NCBI GenBank assembly: GCA_964188305.1
Contig: OZ076892.1
Length of the DNA stretch: 64,000 bases
Reading direction: 5' to 3' (one strand)
Source of the DNA: Podarcis bocagei
Taxonomy: Eukaryota
Shown: one piece after another, positions 24,355 through 38,145 of the stretch
Position numbering within the stretch: the first letter of the stretch is position 1
Layout: the number at the start of each line of letters is the position of its first letter
Position numbers and translations under genes: made by a program
Notes under the pieces: generated by a model
Seen by the model: the letters and a program-made list of their open reading frames with translations, nothing else
Told to the model about the DNA's origin: nothing
The model's database searches: none

Positions 24355-24517
24355 TGGATGCCAAGATGCCATCAATGAACTCCTGCCGGGTGATCTTCCC
24401 ATCTTGGTCTTTGTCAATCCGCCGGAAGAAGTCCATCACACGTGACTTCTTGTGGTTCATCCAGCGCATGTACTTCTTCCGCCATACATCAAAGTCAAAG
24501 TTTGCAAACTCTTTCAA
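24355..24517 (-). CDS. MACF1: MACF1 EF-hand 1 exon
   Basis: [54 protein letters not shown]. Confidence 0.96.
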
Positions 24518-25789
24518 CTGGAGAAGGGAAGAGGAAAGGCTGTTTCACATCTCACTTGGAAAGAGGATCCACAAATATTTACATCTCCTAAGATGCAGGA
24601 GGCAGTAGCACAGCTCTCTCTCCTCTCAAAGTGTAGGATTTGCCTGATTGACACCAAACTCACCAAAATAAGGATGGGGTACAGTGGGGCTGTGCATTTG
24701 GCCCTGGCCCCTCACGTCTTTGGGGTGAATGTCTGCAGCGGGAGAAGCCATCCAATGGCTTCCCGTGCAACTGAGAATCCTGTTTCACCAGGGCTCTTAA
24801 TTGTACACCAAGGGCAAGGGGCCAAGAGCAACTGCATGGATTTGGGGTGGGCTAAAAGTGTGCCCTGCCAGTTCCCATCCATCTGTGTTTTTTCTTCTTC
24901 GTCTTTTAGTGAGTAATGCCTGAACAGGGCTATGGAGGACTGGAAAAGTTGGACCTGGTTCCCTGAAAGCAGCATGGTTGGGAGGAAATCAGTCAAGATA
25001 CAAATTCCACACTTGCCCCTTTGCCCTGCTCTCCATTTTGGGCACTGCTGCTGTTGTACAGACTTTGCATTACCTGTTTCGCCTCAGTGGTTTTACCTTC
25101 ACTAATTATCTAGCTGGTATTGTCAAATTGTAAATGACTGTGAACTCATATGTGAATAGAGAGGCACAGAAATAGTAATTATTATTATAGTGGCATAGAA
25201 TAAATAAAAAACCAGTCACTTTTCTAGCTTACACAAGGCAAAATAATCATGAAGTGGTTTAGCTGCTAGACTACCAAGATATTGCTCTCCTTTTTAGGGG
25301 GCAGGGATAGGTGAGGCCCCTGTCTAGGCTTGCTCACCCCAACAAGCACACCCCACAGCACCAAGAGGGAAGCAGGAAATGTGGTGAAGACTTGCAGACC
25401 CTGAAAAGCAGCCTTAAAGCAGGGCCAGTTTGGAAAAGGAAATGAGAAGGCAGTTTGCCTTCCCCTGCTTCCAGCCTCACTGCACTCATCTCCTTCCCCC
25501 AAAGTGAGATGGAAAGGCTATATACAAGCTTCCACCCACTGACTTTCCTTTGAAGGGAGAGTGAGGCGCACCATCAAGAAAACCAGGAAGCTACAGTTCC
25601 TGTAGCTGGAAACTGGTAGCAGCACCTTTGTTTTGCTCCCAACAGGAAGAGAGCTCTGTACAGAACCCCTGGAAGCCGGGCCTTTGGGAGAACTGCTGCA
25701 CCATCATGACCCAGCTTCTCTCAGCTGGGGCTTTGCTTGCCGTGCTGGGAAGGGGTTCCCTGTGCACATGAAAAAGGGAAAGTGGTTAC

Positions 25790-25953
25790 CTCTTCCAGCC
25801 GATCCAGTGCATCGTTGAGCTTGCGTTGCCGCTCGAGCGCCAGCAACCACACCTGCTGCCAGCGGGCCGAAAGCTGGTTGATGCGCGGGTTCTTTGCTTC
25901 CGACTGGGAGAGAATTGGCATTGGGGGTGGGGCTGTCTGGTTCAGGGATTTTC
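25790..25953 (-). CDS. MACF1: MACF1 exon (last spectrin repeat)
   Basis: [55 protein letters not shown]. Confidence 0.94.
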
Positions 25954-26614
25954 CTGAGAGGAAAAAAAGACAGGGACAGGGAGGTAACATAGCAGAAATT
26001 GAGCAAAGTGAAGGGGCGTAATGAAAAAATTATGGGGAAGGGGCACAGGAAGAAAGGCAGAAACTAAATGCTGAGCTCTCCTTCTGCAGATGAAACTGGA
26101 AACTTCACTAAGATCATATCACCTCACAGGAACCCTGCAGTCTGCATGGGGCGTTTGAAGGCAGGGACAGGTAGCAGGTTTCCTGACAAGGGCTGTGTTT
26201 CCTTGGGGACCACATGCTGACTGTGGGAAGGGCTAAAGCCAGTGGTAGGCGGAGCCACCTCTCTTTCTCTCTTGCCCCCCCCCCCGCTGCTCTCTCATGC
26301 CTCTTCCCCTCTCTTCCTACCCTGCCCAGCAGGCTGCTGGGACAGACTCCTGAGGCCTGAAATGATTGCTTGCGAAGGGCTTATTAAACTAGGCCAAAGG
26401 CTGCCCATCCTGGTCCAAGGAGGTGCAGAAAGTCACCCCAAGCTTGTACCTGAGCCAAGGCACATCAGAGCTACAGCCCAGACTTTTGCTTTAAAGACTG
26501 GTCTCAGCCATGGAATATGTAGTAGTAGCATCAGTAATTATCATAATAAAAGTAATAATCATAATGCTGCTGATGATGGGAGTGTTCCTGAACACATATA
26601 CAGTACTTATTTCT

Positions 26615-26690
26615 TGATCAAGGCCCAGTTCAAGATGCTACTAGTGTTATTAGTGTTTAAAGCCCTAAATGAATTAGGCCCCAAATATTT
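26615..26690 (+). mobile_element. Short L2 LINE RT C-terminal remnant
   Basis: Translates [23 protein letters not shown], like the L2 consensus xxFKxLLLxFKALNGLGPxYL. Confidence 0.55.
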
Positions 26691-26719
26691 AAAATTTGCC
26701 CAAAGGGTTGCCAACATAC

Positions 26720-26837
26720 TATTGCTTCGGGATTTCTCAATGAAAGGTCCATGAGCCGGCTCTGTGGCTTTCCTCTTGTATGTTTTTGTGACGCGATCCA
26801 CATCTGGCTGCTTTCGGGTCATTACTTCCATAAAGGA
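26720..26837 (-). CDS. MACF1: MACF1 spectrin-repeat exon
   Basis: [39 protein letters not shown]; donor A|gtatgt. Confidence 0.93.
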
Positions 26838-28014
26838 CTGGAAAATGCAGTAGGAAAGATGATTAGAGGTAGAAGAAGAGTGCAGCATTTTGTTACTATG
26901 CAACTAAATGTTGTCCTTTTGCTAATGTAAGCAGTCCTATCCCCAAACAACTCAAAGCACCTTTGGCTGATTAACATCTGATACCCTTTTAAATGTGTTG
27001 TGGGAGGGGGGATTATTGGTTTGTTTTTGCTCTTATTTTTGTTATGCAGTTTGTGTTTTTTATATTGTATTTTCTATTTTATTGTATCTTTATGTTGTGA
27101 ATTGCCCTGAGATCTACAGATGAAAGGCCACACACAAGTACATGATACATGAATATTTATCACATTTATATTCTTTCCTATTTAACCCTACAACAACCCT
27201 GTGAGGTAGGTTAGGCTACTCGAATGGGGATTTGAACCATCGTCTCCCAGCCCCTAGCCCAAACACTCTAACCACTACACCAGATTGGCTCTTGTTCTTA
27301 TTCAGTCTCCTCTTTGGATAGTAACATTTCACCAGCCGTTGCCCATGTACCTTCAATATATCTTTGCCACCATAGGGGTTAGGAACTTAGTACCTCACTC
27401 TCAAAATTAAGCACCAAATTCTCAGGAACCCAAATCTTGCATCTAATGCCACATTGTTTGTTCTTGCATGGCAGTGCTAAATCAGTCTTCCCTCTAGCTG
27501 TTTTGGACTGCAACTCCCATCAACCCCAGCCAACGTGGCCGTTTTGAACTACAACTCTCATCAGCCTCAACCAGCGCAGCGGCTGGGAGTCCAAAACATA
27601 TGCAGCAGCAGGTTAGGGAAAGCTCCTCTGCGCCAAGGCTGGGGCTGATGGGAGCTGTAGTCTGAAAGGCTGGGCATCAGGTTCAGAAAGCCTGTGCTAG
27701 ATATATATATAGCCCACTAGAGGTCAAAAGAAAAGAGGGTGAGCCAGGATTGGGGGTGGGGGCACCAGCCAGAGTGCCTCTAAGCAGTAGGAGCTGAAGG
27801 GGAAGACAATGACCCTCCATTCTGCTCTAAGCTTACAGGCATGTGGAGACCTACTCCATGGCAAAACCAAAGCACTGCAAGCTCACACACAGCTAGGAAG
27901 AATGAAGTCAGGCGCTTTGTTTCACTTTAAAGCCACTGTGAACAGCTTTCTCAAACACACAGCATGCTCTTTTCTGGAAGGTGGTAAAGAGGGAGCCAAC
28001 CAGGGCAGGGTTAC

Positions 28015-28203
28015 CTGGTGCTCTGCAATGAGGGCTTTGACCTGGTCAATGTTCTGCGGCATTGGCTCTTGGTCCCTCTGAATCAGTGTTGTCTCAGCCC
28101 ACTGAATCCATGCCAGGAGCTCCTCCAGCAGCTCTGCATTGGCCACCAGCTCTGAGAGGGCTGCTTCAAGCCGCTGCTGGTGTTGCTTTGCCCATGTGAG
28201 AAC
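28015..28203 (-). CDS. MACF1: MACF1 spectrin-repeat exon
   Basis: [63 protein letters not shown]. Confidence 0.95.
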
Positions 28204-28928
28204 CTGGCAGAGGATGAAAAGCAGGGAGGGTAATTGGCAGCAAACGAGAGGTATCTCTGCAGGGAGGGAAGGCAGTGGTATGTCTTTCTGGGTTACTCGC
28301 ATGCCCCTTCCCTTGCCTAAGCATCTTCTTCACTTTTGCATTCCCCTCCTCTAGCTCACCTGGATCTTGTGTTTTACCCTGCAAGCTCTACAACCTACTA
28401 ACACTACAAACTTAGGGCACCAGGAGCGAACTTGTACTAATGGTGCCAATGATAAAATAGTCTAGAATCTAGATTAAGGGAGAAGACTGAAAAATGCTTT
28501 AAGCTGAAGATGGAGGGAGTATACAGAAAAAATATTAAGGGTATGCTGTGTGTTCTTACGTGATTATCATATTATGTTTATTCACAAGCTACTCCGAAAA
28601 GGTTCATTCAAAAAGTGGAGTAATTTTTTCCCCATTTAAATAAATAAAAAGCTCTTGGTTGTTCCAAAAATAAAATCAAAACAAAAGCACCTCTACCTAA
28701 GCATTTTAGGAACTACAGTGAATTTCTACATTCTGTAGCTGGCTCCTCTCATCTCAGTAGCCAGCATTGTCATGAACCTTCTATGATGTCACAGCAGCTG
28801 AAGCAAGGTGGGAAGGGGATTCAAAATGCATTACTCTTCTTATACAGTCATAGAATTATTATGTCTCTCAGCTCCATTCCTGCTGACTGCAGATGCTGAG
28901 AGGCAGAGCAAATGCCTCTGTGACTCAC

Positions 28929-29072
28929 TTCTTCAAACCGAGCTCGGATAATGGTGATCCAGTGCTTGATGGTGGTGATGCAGTCTGGGTGGCAAACGGC
29001 CAAGATGACCTCCCCCATCCCCACAGCGGAGTTCACATCCAGCCTTTTCTCTTCGACTTTCTTCATGAACTC
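28929..29072 (-). CDS. MACF1: MACF1 spectrin-repeat exon
   Basis: EFMKKVEEKRLDVNSAVGMGEVILAVCHPDCITTIKHWITIIRARFEE. Confidence 0.95.
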
Positions 29073-29164
29073 CTGCAGCAAAGGGTAAAGGTACAACAGC
29101 TCAGTCTGGCTGCCTGGCAATCCCCTCAGGCTCCTGCCTTTCCCTCTTCTGAACAGCTACCCAC

Positions 29165-29293
29165 CTTGTGGACATCGATGAGTGACTGCAGTGCTTCTGC
29201 GTCATCGGGCAAAGCTCCCCGGAAGCGGAGGGTCTGCTCAGCTTCAGAGAGCCACTCCAGCAGAAGATGGACAGCAGTTCGAAACTCTTCTGC
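29165..29293 (-). CDS. MACF1: MACF1 spectrin-repeat exon
   Basis: [43 protein letters not shown]. Confidence 0.95.
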
Positions 29294-29559
29294 CTGGAAA
29301 GGAGAAACAGCACCAGTGAACCCTTCCCCATGGAGCACAGGCCTTTTGAGTTGCCGTACAGCAGGGATAGAGAACTCTTCCCAGCCTAAGGGCCACTTTC
29401 CTTCACAGGGAACCTTCCCGGGTAGGGGGACACACACCAGTGGTGGGCAGGGCCAGAAGCAAAAGGGGTGGAGCAATAGATACAACAGAGTCACAGGGCT
29501 GGTATGGACCAAAGAGATGTGCAAGTTGCAGATGATGCCACCCTGCTTCCGTCTCTTAC

Positions 29560-29754
29560 CTGCTTCAGGGCCTCCTCCAACCGAGTTTGCTTCAGGACAG
29601 ACATCTTGCAGACGGTGTCCCAGCGGTTGCTTAGCTCTTGCAGCTGCACTTTCACCCACGTTGTGTCATCGCGGCTGTTCTCAATAAGTTCCCGGCCTGA
29701 GCGCTTGAGAACCGTGACTGTGCCTGTTCGCTTGCCAAGCTCCTTCTGGAAGAC
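29560..29754 (-). CDS. MACF1: MACF1 spectrin-repeat exon
   Basis: [35 protein letters not shown]...RLEEALKQ; gatag / gtaaga. Confidence 0.94.
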
Positions 29755-30198
29755 CTATCAAGGGGAACAGAGCATAGTTGCACCCTCTTTCTCCAAGCTC
29801 TCCACCCCTGTAAAGAGCACTAAGTTTGTTTTTTGATAGTTATCTGGAGACCTGTAAACCCGATCTTGGACCTTTTGCAAGTATATTTTCATTAAAAGGC
29901 AGTTTGGTTCTAATGGCCTTGCACTTTTCAAAACTCTGGAGGTATTAACTGCTCCCATTTTTTAATTACGTTCCAAATGATATTTTAAACATTTTCATGT
30001 GTTATTGTATTATATTTGTATTCTTTTATGTTAGCTGCCCTGGGCTCCCTTTGGGATGAAGGGTGAGATGTAAAACTTAGAAACTCAAGTACATTTTCAC
30101 AGGGACTCCAGTTCACTGCCTTAGTCCATAACACATTGAGGCTCACACAGTGTGAAGTGGCTTCCAAATGGATGGCTCTGTCCCCCAGCAGCCGTTAC

Positions 30199-30358
30199 CT
30201 TATGAGCATCCATTAAGTTCATGACCAGGTCCAGGTCCCCATGGACAGGCAGGTCTTCAGCCAGCTGGGGCTCCACCTTGTACAGCCAGTCAACCAGAGC
30301 TTGCAATGCATCCATGAACTGGCCAGAGAACAGAAGGGCCTCTTCCAGTTTGTGCTGC
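30199..30358 (-). CDS. MACF1: MACF1 spectrin-repeat exon
   Basis: (R)[53 protein letters not shown]. Confidence 0.95.
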
Positions 30359-30911
30359 CTGTAAAAATGAAAAATGCAGGGGTAAGTGGGTGTTGCAGTT
30401 TCCCTTCAATTGGCCACCTCCTTGGGCACCATAATAAATGTGGCGTAATCAGAGCCTTAGGCACACCTTAAGAAAAAATGGTGTGTTAAGGTAATTTATT
30501 TATTAAAACAAATTACATGGCTTTGCATTTAAAAATCATAAAGCATGTACAGCACAATGTAAAAATTACAATAAAACCAAGAACTACACAATGATAATAA
30601 TGAAGAGGGGGGAAATCCAAAGCTAACAGATTAAGAACAAACTAGTGTGGATTACCAGCAAGGGCCTGGGAGAATCCAGATGTATCCAGAGCAAATCCAG
30701 CAGGAACCTAGCTAAGGCCCCTGCACTGCTCTTTGGATGTGTAGTCAGTATACAAACTGGTCAAATATAGGTCTTGATGCTGATAAATGCCCCTCACACC
30801 TTATCCAAATAGGTGACTTAAAGCTGGTTTCTAAGACCCCCTTTTACGACCTGCAGGCACCTCAACTTACTACAGGATGTTACCTGTTAGGAAGCCCTTT
30901 CAGGCACTCAC

Positions 30912-31081
30912 CTTTCCACCGATTTGCCACAGACAGTGTCCCACTTGTCACGGACTTCCCCAAGGAGATGGTCCAGGCTCTGGTTGTCATCTGGGAACTG
31001 AGCTTTTTCTTTCAGGGCCCTTCCTGTCCGGATCGTGGTGTCATAAACAGGCTGCTTGCCACCCAGGGTTTTTTGGAACTC
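30912..31081 (-). CDS. MACF1: MACF1 spectrin-repeat exon
   Basis: [56 protein letters not shown](R). Confidence 0.95.
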
Positions 31082-31187
31082 CTGATTTTCCCAAATAAAC
31101 CCACCCAAAACATAGGTTGAGAATGAGGCCAGTGACTACAGATAATTTCACAAGAAGCAAAGGAACGGTTTCACATGCAATTCTAAC

Positions 31188-31307
31188 CTTGTGCTTAGAG
31201 AGCTGCAGTTTGATCTTGTCGGGATCATTTGAAATTTCAAGCTCAGAATCCAGGAGATTTTCTGCATCTTCTAACCAGTCAACCAGCTTCTTCCAAGCTT
31301 CATGGAA
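31188..31307 (-). CDS. MACF1: MACF1 spectrin-repeat exon
   Basis: [40 protein letters not shown]. Confidence 0.94.
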
Positions 31308-31557
31308 CTATGAAGATTAATGTTTTCCATTTAATTTATTATTAGAATTCACATGCTTCTCCAACTCCACTACTCACTGCCAATTTTCACCTATCCCCCA
31401 TCCCCTAACACCTGACCCACATTTCATACTTCTGCAAACAGTGCCTAATACGCCAATGGCCCTCAATGAGCCCAAGAGGAACAGAAGTATTTTGTAGCTC
31501 TGAGCTGATGCCCTTTGTGCCTCCCTGGCTTCTAGCCTACAAAGGATTGTTCCTCAC

Positions 31558-31764
31558 CTGCTTTGCCCGCTTCCTGGCATCGTCCAGAGCCCGCCCTCTT
31601 TCCACTGACCGCTGGACGACCTTCTCCCAGCGTGACTGGACACTGACCAGGAGGTTCTTGATCAAGACCACATCCTGCTTCTGGCTGAGAAACTTCAGCT
31701 GGTTTCCACTTTGGTCTAGGCCAATTATCTGGTCCCGGTGGGCGTTCACTTCATTGGCAAACAC
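31558..31764 (-). CDS. MACF1: MACF1 spectrin-repeat exon
   Basis: [69 protein letters not shown]. Confidence 0.95.
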
Positions 31765-32060
31765 CTGACAAGGAAAAAATGAAAGCTGCTCTCCTGGGTC
31801 TCTTAGGCACCACATAATGCAGGGAAGGCCAATTGGGATGGAGGTTTTGTTCCAAGGTGAGATGGCACAAAGCTCAACTGTAGTCACTACGGCTGGCAAG
31901 GGAGTCCCAAGACTAGGCTGGGGCCTGCCATGGCCACAGATTGACTGGGTAGCCATGAGTGAGCCACACACACACACACACACAGCCTCCAGTTCCCTAC
32001 CTGCAACAAATGAATAATCTGACCCACCTCACAAGCCCCATCACTTGTTTTAGGGAACTA

Positions 32061-32302
32061 CAGTGGTACCTCGGGTTACATATGCTTCAGGTTACATACA
32101 CTTCAGGTTACAGACTCCGCTAACCCAGAAATAGTACCTCGGTTTAAGAGCTTTGCTTCAGGATGAGAACAGAAATCGTGCTTCGGTGGCACGGCGGCAG
32201 CAGGAGGCCCCATTAGCTAAAGTGGTGCTTCAGGTTAAGAACAGTTTCAGGTTAAGAATGGACCTCCGGAACGAATCAAGTACTTAACCCAAGGTACCAC
32301 TG
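32061..32302. mobile_element. Tc1/mariner(pogo)-type MITE, copy 2
   Basis: Same TIRs (CAGTGGTACCTCGGGTTA...TAACCCAAGGTACCACTG), TA TSD, homologous to 2344-2552. Confidence 0.87.
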
Positions 32303-33423
32303 TAGTAAAAGCCTGGGGTTGTAGTCAACTAACTTTTACTCAAACTAGACCCCATTGAAATTAATGGCCTTGACTAACTTGGGCCCACTAGTTTCAATAG
32401 GTGTACTCTGTGTACAAGTTAGTAGAATACAACTGATAGTTATTTTTTTTATTAACTGATTTTAAGTCACATTTTTAATATTACAGATTATTAATTTGTT
32501 AATGCTTCATAATTTATGACTGTGCTACTGCTCACTTCACTCACCGCCACTTGCAAATGCCTCCTTGCTTTAGACATCCTCCAAACCCTACTATTCATAC
32601 TGCCTGCCTCACGCCAAAGTTGCTGTTGCAACCTCAGTCGAAGAGGCAAAGAAGAGGGCAGTGGTGGGTGGCAGCAGAGTGTGATGGTTGCTGGGGAGAT
32701 TCCCTGCCTTGCCCATTTCTAGGCAGCTTGCCTGGGTGCCCACCTGCCTCTGTTTCTCTTTTTCCTCCAGTGGTGCTGAAATGGCATCATTGGTCTTAGG
32801 TAAGCAGCAGCAAAAGAGCAGGAGTTTTGGGGGAGCTACCCCAGCCTGTCCTGACAGTTCGTCCACGACTCAGGTGGACCATAGTCCTTCCCTCTTCTGC
32901 TTCCCTTCTTCTCAACCTCCAATGCAAGAGCCCAGCAGCTCTCATAAATCTGTCGTCATGCTGTAGTTCACAGTGTCCCCTACTGGCAGCCAAGCAAACT
33001 GCAGCATGACAACAGCCTTTCCTCTTTACTATATGTTAATATCTATCTATATATCTTGCAGTTTCAAAAACTTGGTTATTTGAAAACACCTATGATGGAA
33101 TATTTCCCTGTTTTAATTTTAAAGTCTTTCCTTATTTGGCTGCTATACCTAGGCATTGTTTATTGTTGTTCTTGTGGAAGTGCTTATTGTCTATTCTTGC
33201 TGTGGATAGAAGATACTATCTAGCTCTCATTTTATTTCTCAAGTTTCAAGCACTTGTGAATATGATACAATTATAGAACCATAATTGAATTCTCTCAATA
33301 CTCCACAGCTATTTTAAATAATTAAGTTTTTCTCTACCTTTTGGCAGCTTCACTATTCAAGTCAGATAGCTCCCCCCACCCTCCCTCAAATGAACACATG
33401 CACACCCAAGTGGGCATCATTAC

Positions 33424-33579
33424 CTTGTGATCTTCTATCTGTGAGAGCACTGTGTTGAACATGAGGCTGGGTGGAGGAGCAACATTCAAGCTCTGCTCTG
33501 CAAGGGTGAGCCAGTTGATGAAATCTTGCAGGGAATTTTGGAACTCGGTTGCCAAGCTGAGGGCCTCTTCCAACTTGGA
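33424..33579 (-). CDS. MACF1: MACF1 spectrin-repeat exon
   Basis: [52 protein letters not shown]. Confidence 0.94.
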
Positions 33580-34300
33580 CTGAGTTTTAAAAGAAGGGGG
33601 AGAAAAAGCAGCAGAATGAGCACAAAAGGCAGAAAGAAAGGAGCACCAGCCAAAGTTCACAAATGCTGGCTTCTGAGACAAAGACCACAATTGTGTAATA
33701 AATGAGAGACTCCTTCTAGGCTGGACCTTCTCAGTCCAACCGATGAACGTGACTTGCATATTAACAGGTCACACTTCAAATGTTAATAACTCTTCCCCTT
33801 CATCCAAGCCATTCTGGAGCCAGGTTCTCTTCCAACAAAAAGCATCAGAACAAGAAGAGACCACCTACTTGGTGGGGGGGGGGCAGCCAATGTGGTGCCC
33901 TCTGGATGCTGCTGCACCACAGTGTCCATCATCCTTGACCATTGACCATGCTGGCTGGGGCTCATGGGGGCTGGGAGCCCGAGAACAGCCGGAAGGCACC
34001 ACATTAGCTTCCCCTGCTCTATGGGGCCATCACAATTTACCAATAATGGAATTGTGAAACAGCTGGATTAAAACCAAAGCAAAGTTCTCTCTCCACTCCC
34101 TTTTCAAACACACACCTCTTTAATACCACCTCAAGTCCCAAAAGTTCCTCTGTATGAAGCTCCACATGCGCAGAGCTTCGCTTTCCTGCGCAAGCTAGGG
34201 AATGTGTGGCACTCACACAAGAGTCCCCTGCTCCGCACCATGCAAATGTGAGTACAGTGATTTGGTGATTGGTACACCCGCACCCCTCCTAGCACATTAC

Positions 34301-34474
34301 CTTTCTCTCCTCCATCTTCATACTGACGAGGCCCCACTTCTGCTCCAAGAGAGCCACACTTTGCTCTGTCTTTGATCCAGACCCAGAATCAGCGCGGCTC
34401 AGGAGCATCAGCCTCCCTTTAGCCAGGAGCTGGCTGTAGACCTCCTCGTTGGCTTTGAACTGGGCATAGAGCTC
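34301..34474 (-). CDS. MACF1: MACF1 spectrin-repeat exon
   Basis: ELYAQFKANEEVYSQLLAKGRLMLLSRADSGSGSKTEQSVALLEQKWGLVSMKMEERK. Confidence 0.94.
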
Positions 34475-35078
34475 CTGCACAACACAGAGGCATCGTAAAC
34501 AAGGGATGCTTTGCAGGACAAATTTTCCTGACATGGGGGTTCACGTGGCATAGGCAAGACCTAATAGCACAGTTATGTGTGAAGAATGCTTCTGCTGCTT
34601 GCCAGGTGCACTTGGCTCTGGGGGTTGTCTGCCAAGTCCAGCTTCTCAGGGCCAACACTTCATGTTACTCTAAGCATGTGGTGTGCAGCTAGGCCTACAA
34701 AAATCACCCTTCCCGCTTGTGGCTTCAAAACTTAGGGGGTAGGTTCCCACTGGTGAATAATCTTTACACCTGACTGTGCACACATTTTTCTCTGTGACAT
34801 CCTTACGCGTAAAAACTTCACATTTGTGCTGGTCCAGGGTTGCTGATGCCAGCTGATAGCTGAGTGACTGGAACAACCTGGAACATCCACGAGTACCTTA
34901 GGTAGATACAGCTGTGCACTGTAAGCTGGAATGTAGCTAACCAAGCCTTCCCCCATTCCTTTTTCTCTGGCGCTTTCCCTTTTAGGTATTTGACATCCCA
35001 CCTGTGATGCACATTATCCTTCCCTCCCATATTAAGGGGTCATTCATTCCAGGCATCAGTTCGGCCAGCACAACTCAC

Positions 35079-35207
35079 CATGTGGGCATTCAGTTGCTCT
35101 CGAGCAGTCTCTGGCAGCCCACCTGTCGGTTTGGAGGCAGACAGCTGGTTCTCCATCCTCGTGAGCCAGAGGAGGAAGTCTTCAATTTCACCATGGAAAC
35201 CTTGAGC
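35079..35207 (-). CDS. MACF1: MACF1 spectrin-repeat exon
   Basis: [43 protein letters not shown]. Confidence 0.95.
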
Positions 35208-36116
35208 CTGCAAGGGAACACAAAGCACATGCTGGACTGAAGGGCACAAGCAATTCACTCTGATGGTTTTGGAAACCTCAGCGGGAGGTACCAGGATTTT
35301 TAAAACCAAAAGTACAGAAATACATTTTGGGGTAGTGAAATTAAAAAAGCAAAACCAAAGTGCCAAGCATAAGCTTAGGTTCAAATCCCAGCCTATTTCT
35401 AGCCATCCTCTTCTAGCCTAGCTCCCAGAAGTAAGAGAAGCTTTCCCAAAAAGACTCTGGCTCAAAGAACGAATCATCTCCAAAGTGAGGAAGCAGCTGA
35501 AACAGACTCATCTGTACACCCAAACAAGTCCCGCCACAGAGCAAGTCTTGGTGGGCAATCACCTGAACACACAAAGGGATAAATAAATAACCAGGAGGAG
35601 GGGCAGCACACACAAGGCCCCCCCTCCAAATCCCCTCCCCCAGGGGACCAGCTGCTCTTCACAACTCCTTTCACTTGTATATTTAACAAGGGAGTTCTAT
35701 CCCATCCTTCATCCCCCCCAAAATAGTTAGAATGGTTTACAAAAAACAAAATAATATAAAAACATAATGTCAGCTTGTGCACTGAAGATTCAGTTATTCT
35801 TATAGGGAGAACTTCAATTTGTGATAAGGTCTGAAGTGGTTTGTTTTTTAAAGAATTGGTAATTAACTTGCTTAGAAACCCCCTGCAATTGGAAGCCTTC
35901 CTTTTTGTAGGGAGACAAACACACCTAGAAACCCTCCAGACCTTGGTGCTCATTGCGAGACGTGCCCCCACCTTCCCCACTCTCATCTCAACCTTCTGTG
36001 TGTTCAGGTGCATGCCTGAATGTGGCTCCTTTGAAATGTTGGGCGAGGAATGCAAGGAACGAGAGGGCTCTGAAGAGCACCCACTGCCGGCCTAACTAAC
36101 TCTCTTCCCAGCTGAC

Positions 36117-36314
36117 CTGCTGAAGGGTCATCTGCAGCTGCTGTTCTCGCTCCTCTGTCTTCTGCAGCACCGACTCCCAGCATGAATTCATTGTCTCCAG
36201 GCGGTTCCGGAGACTGCTAGCATCATCCCCTGCGCTGGATTCCAAGAGCTCATTGCCAGCCTTGTTCACTGTCTCCACTGTGGACTGATGGGCCAGCACA
36301 TCATTCTTCAGCAC
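36117..36314 (-). CDS. MACF1: MACF1 spectrin-repeat exon
   Basis: VLKNDVLAHQSTVETVNKAGNELLESSAGDDASSLRNRLETMNSCWESVLQKTEEREQQLQMTLQQ. Confidence 0.95.
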
Positions 36315-37466
36315 CTAGTGTGGTGTTGCAGGTAGAGAAGAGAAAATGCTTTAGGGCCCTTGCAAGCCTCTGTGGCACTAGCAAAGGATGGTGGTGATAG
36401 ATGGTGGACCCAAGTTCAGCCCCTGTCAATCAGCATGGCTGGAGTCTCCTGGATCTTGGTTTCGGTGTGCAAACTCAGGAAGCAAAGCACATGAGATGAG
36501 GCTTCCTGGATATTCTCACAAAACACTCTCAGCATCAGCAGCAAGTTACTGGCAATAACTGACCAAATGTGGCCTGTCAAACCCAAGCAAACACCCCCAG
36601 CTAGAGGAAAGGCTGTGGCTCAGTGGCAGGGCACCTGCTTTGCATGCACACAGTGCCAGGCTGGATCTCTGGTATCTCCAGGTAGGGTTGGCAAAGACAC
36701 TTTCTGACATCCTGGGGAACTGCTGCCAGTCAGGGTAAACAATGCTGAGTGAGATAAACCAATTGTCATGAGCCCCATGGAGACATCTTGGCAGAGTTGG
36801 TTGGCATGGGATGGCAGCGTGGACCCTGATTCTGGGGAGTGGCTCAGTGGGCCAGAAAGTGGGTTGTCGGGAGAAAGACCCATCTCTTTTGGAATAACTG
36901 CTCTGAGAGCCAGCATTGTGTCCGTAAGTGGGAGCCAGGACACCAAGGGTCTACCTCACTGTAAAGCAGCTTCCAGTGTCATCCATTGATGCTGCTCTCA
37001 TAATATTCCCAGCCCTTCCCTCAAAGCATGCTTCCAATTGAGCTATAATGGCACAGCTACAGTGACAGCCCAGAAGAATGAAGATTCCTGGGGCAGGACA
37101 TGGAGGAGGGGGCACTTTTGTCATCCAAAAGCTCTGCGGTGGCCCAATGGCAAAAGGACAGAAAGGAGCTGACTTAAGCAGATCTTTGGCCCATGCAGCC
37201 ACGCACTGCATTTAGCAGCAGCTCTCTAAGGTCTCAAGGAAATTTTGTGAGCCCAGTCACTAGAGATGGGCCAGGACCTTAACATGAGAACAGACACATT
37301 CTGCTGCCAAGCTGGACTCCTCTCACTGAATGGCAGAAACAGGGACCTCTTTGCAAAAAGCAATCTGCAAGTATTATTATTACTACTACTACAAAATTTG
37401 TATATCGTCCTTCATCCATTGATTTCAGGGTGGTTCACAATATAAAACCCCTTCCCCTGTACTTAC

Positions 37467-37622
37467 ATGGTGCTTAGCTAATTCCACCTCAATGACTTTT
37501 GGGTCGCCATTGATTGGCCTCTGGGCATCCAGCAGCTCTTCGGTGTGGGTCAGCCAGGCCATCACCTCAGCCAGCGCATGTTGGAACTGGCCAAGGGCCA
37601 AGAGGGCACCTTCTAGCTTGTG
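37467..37622 (-). CDS. MACF1: MACF1 spectrin-repeat exon
   Basis: [52 protein letters not shown]; aaacag / gtaagt. Confidence 0.94.
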
Positions 37623-38145
37623 CTGTTTGTAGACAAGGTGAGAAGAGGAATTTCTTTTAAGAAGAAAAGGCTAGGTGTGTGTTTGTATTTATTTTATAGG
37701 ATTTTTAAAATCCCATTTTCCTATGCACCAAGGAGGAGCACTTAAGGTTGCAGTACTTTAAAAATAGTGCAAAGTATACCAAAAACAGGCAAATAAATAA
37801 CAGGACTCAACAAGTAAAAATAAAACAGGGAGACAGAAGGCAAGCAAAACATCAGCTTAAGCAGGGGGGGGGGGGAAGTGTTTAATAGATGATAAAAGAC
37901 CATCAGCACAGAAGCTGCACAAATCTCTAGCACTCCAGTTAGCAATGGGACATACAGTGGAGGGCCTGGCCAGGCCCAAGGAGGAAACAGCAGTGGCAGC
38001 CCTCAAGGTAACCTGGTCTGAGACCCTTTGAGGCTTCAAAAGGTGATAGCCAGACCCTTTAATTGAACCTAAGCCATCTTCAGATGGAGCGAGGGCTTTA
38101 AAGGCTTTACCCACACCTCAGGCCCTGGCAGTTCACCCACCATAC

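Noticed and set aside
26822-26825. Val in [11 protein letters not shown] where Glu is usual
   Set aside because: Single GAA-to-GTA change; cannot separate a lineage substitution from polymorphism or sequencing error.
28893-29687. 264-aa plus-strand ORF and other antisense ORFs over MACF1 exons
   Set aside because: Shadow frames of minus-strand coding exons; no recognisable domains.
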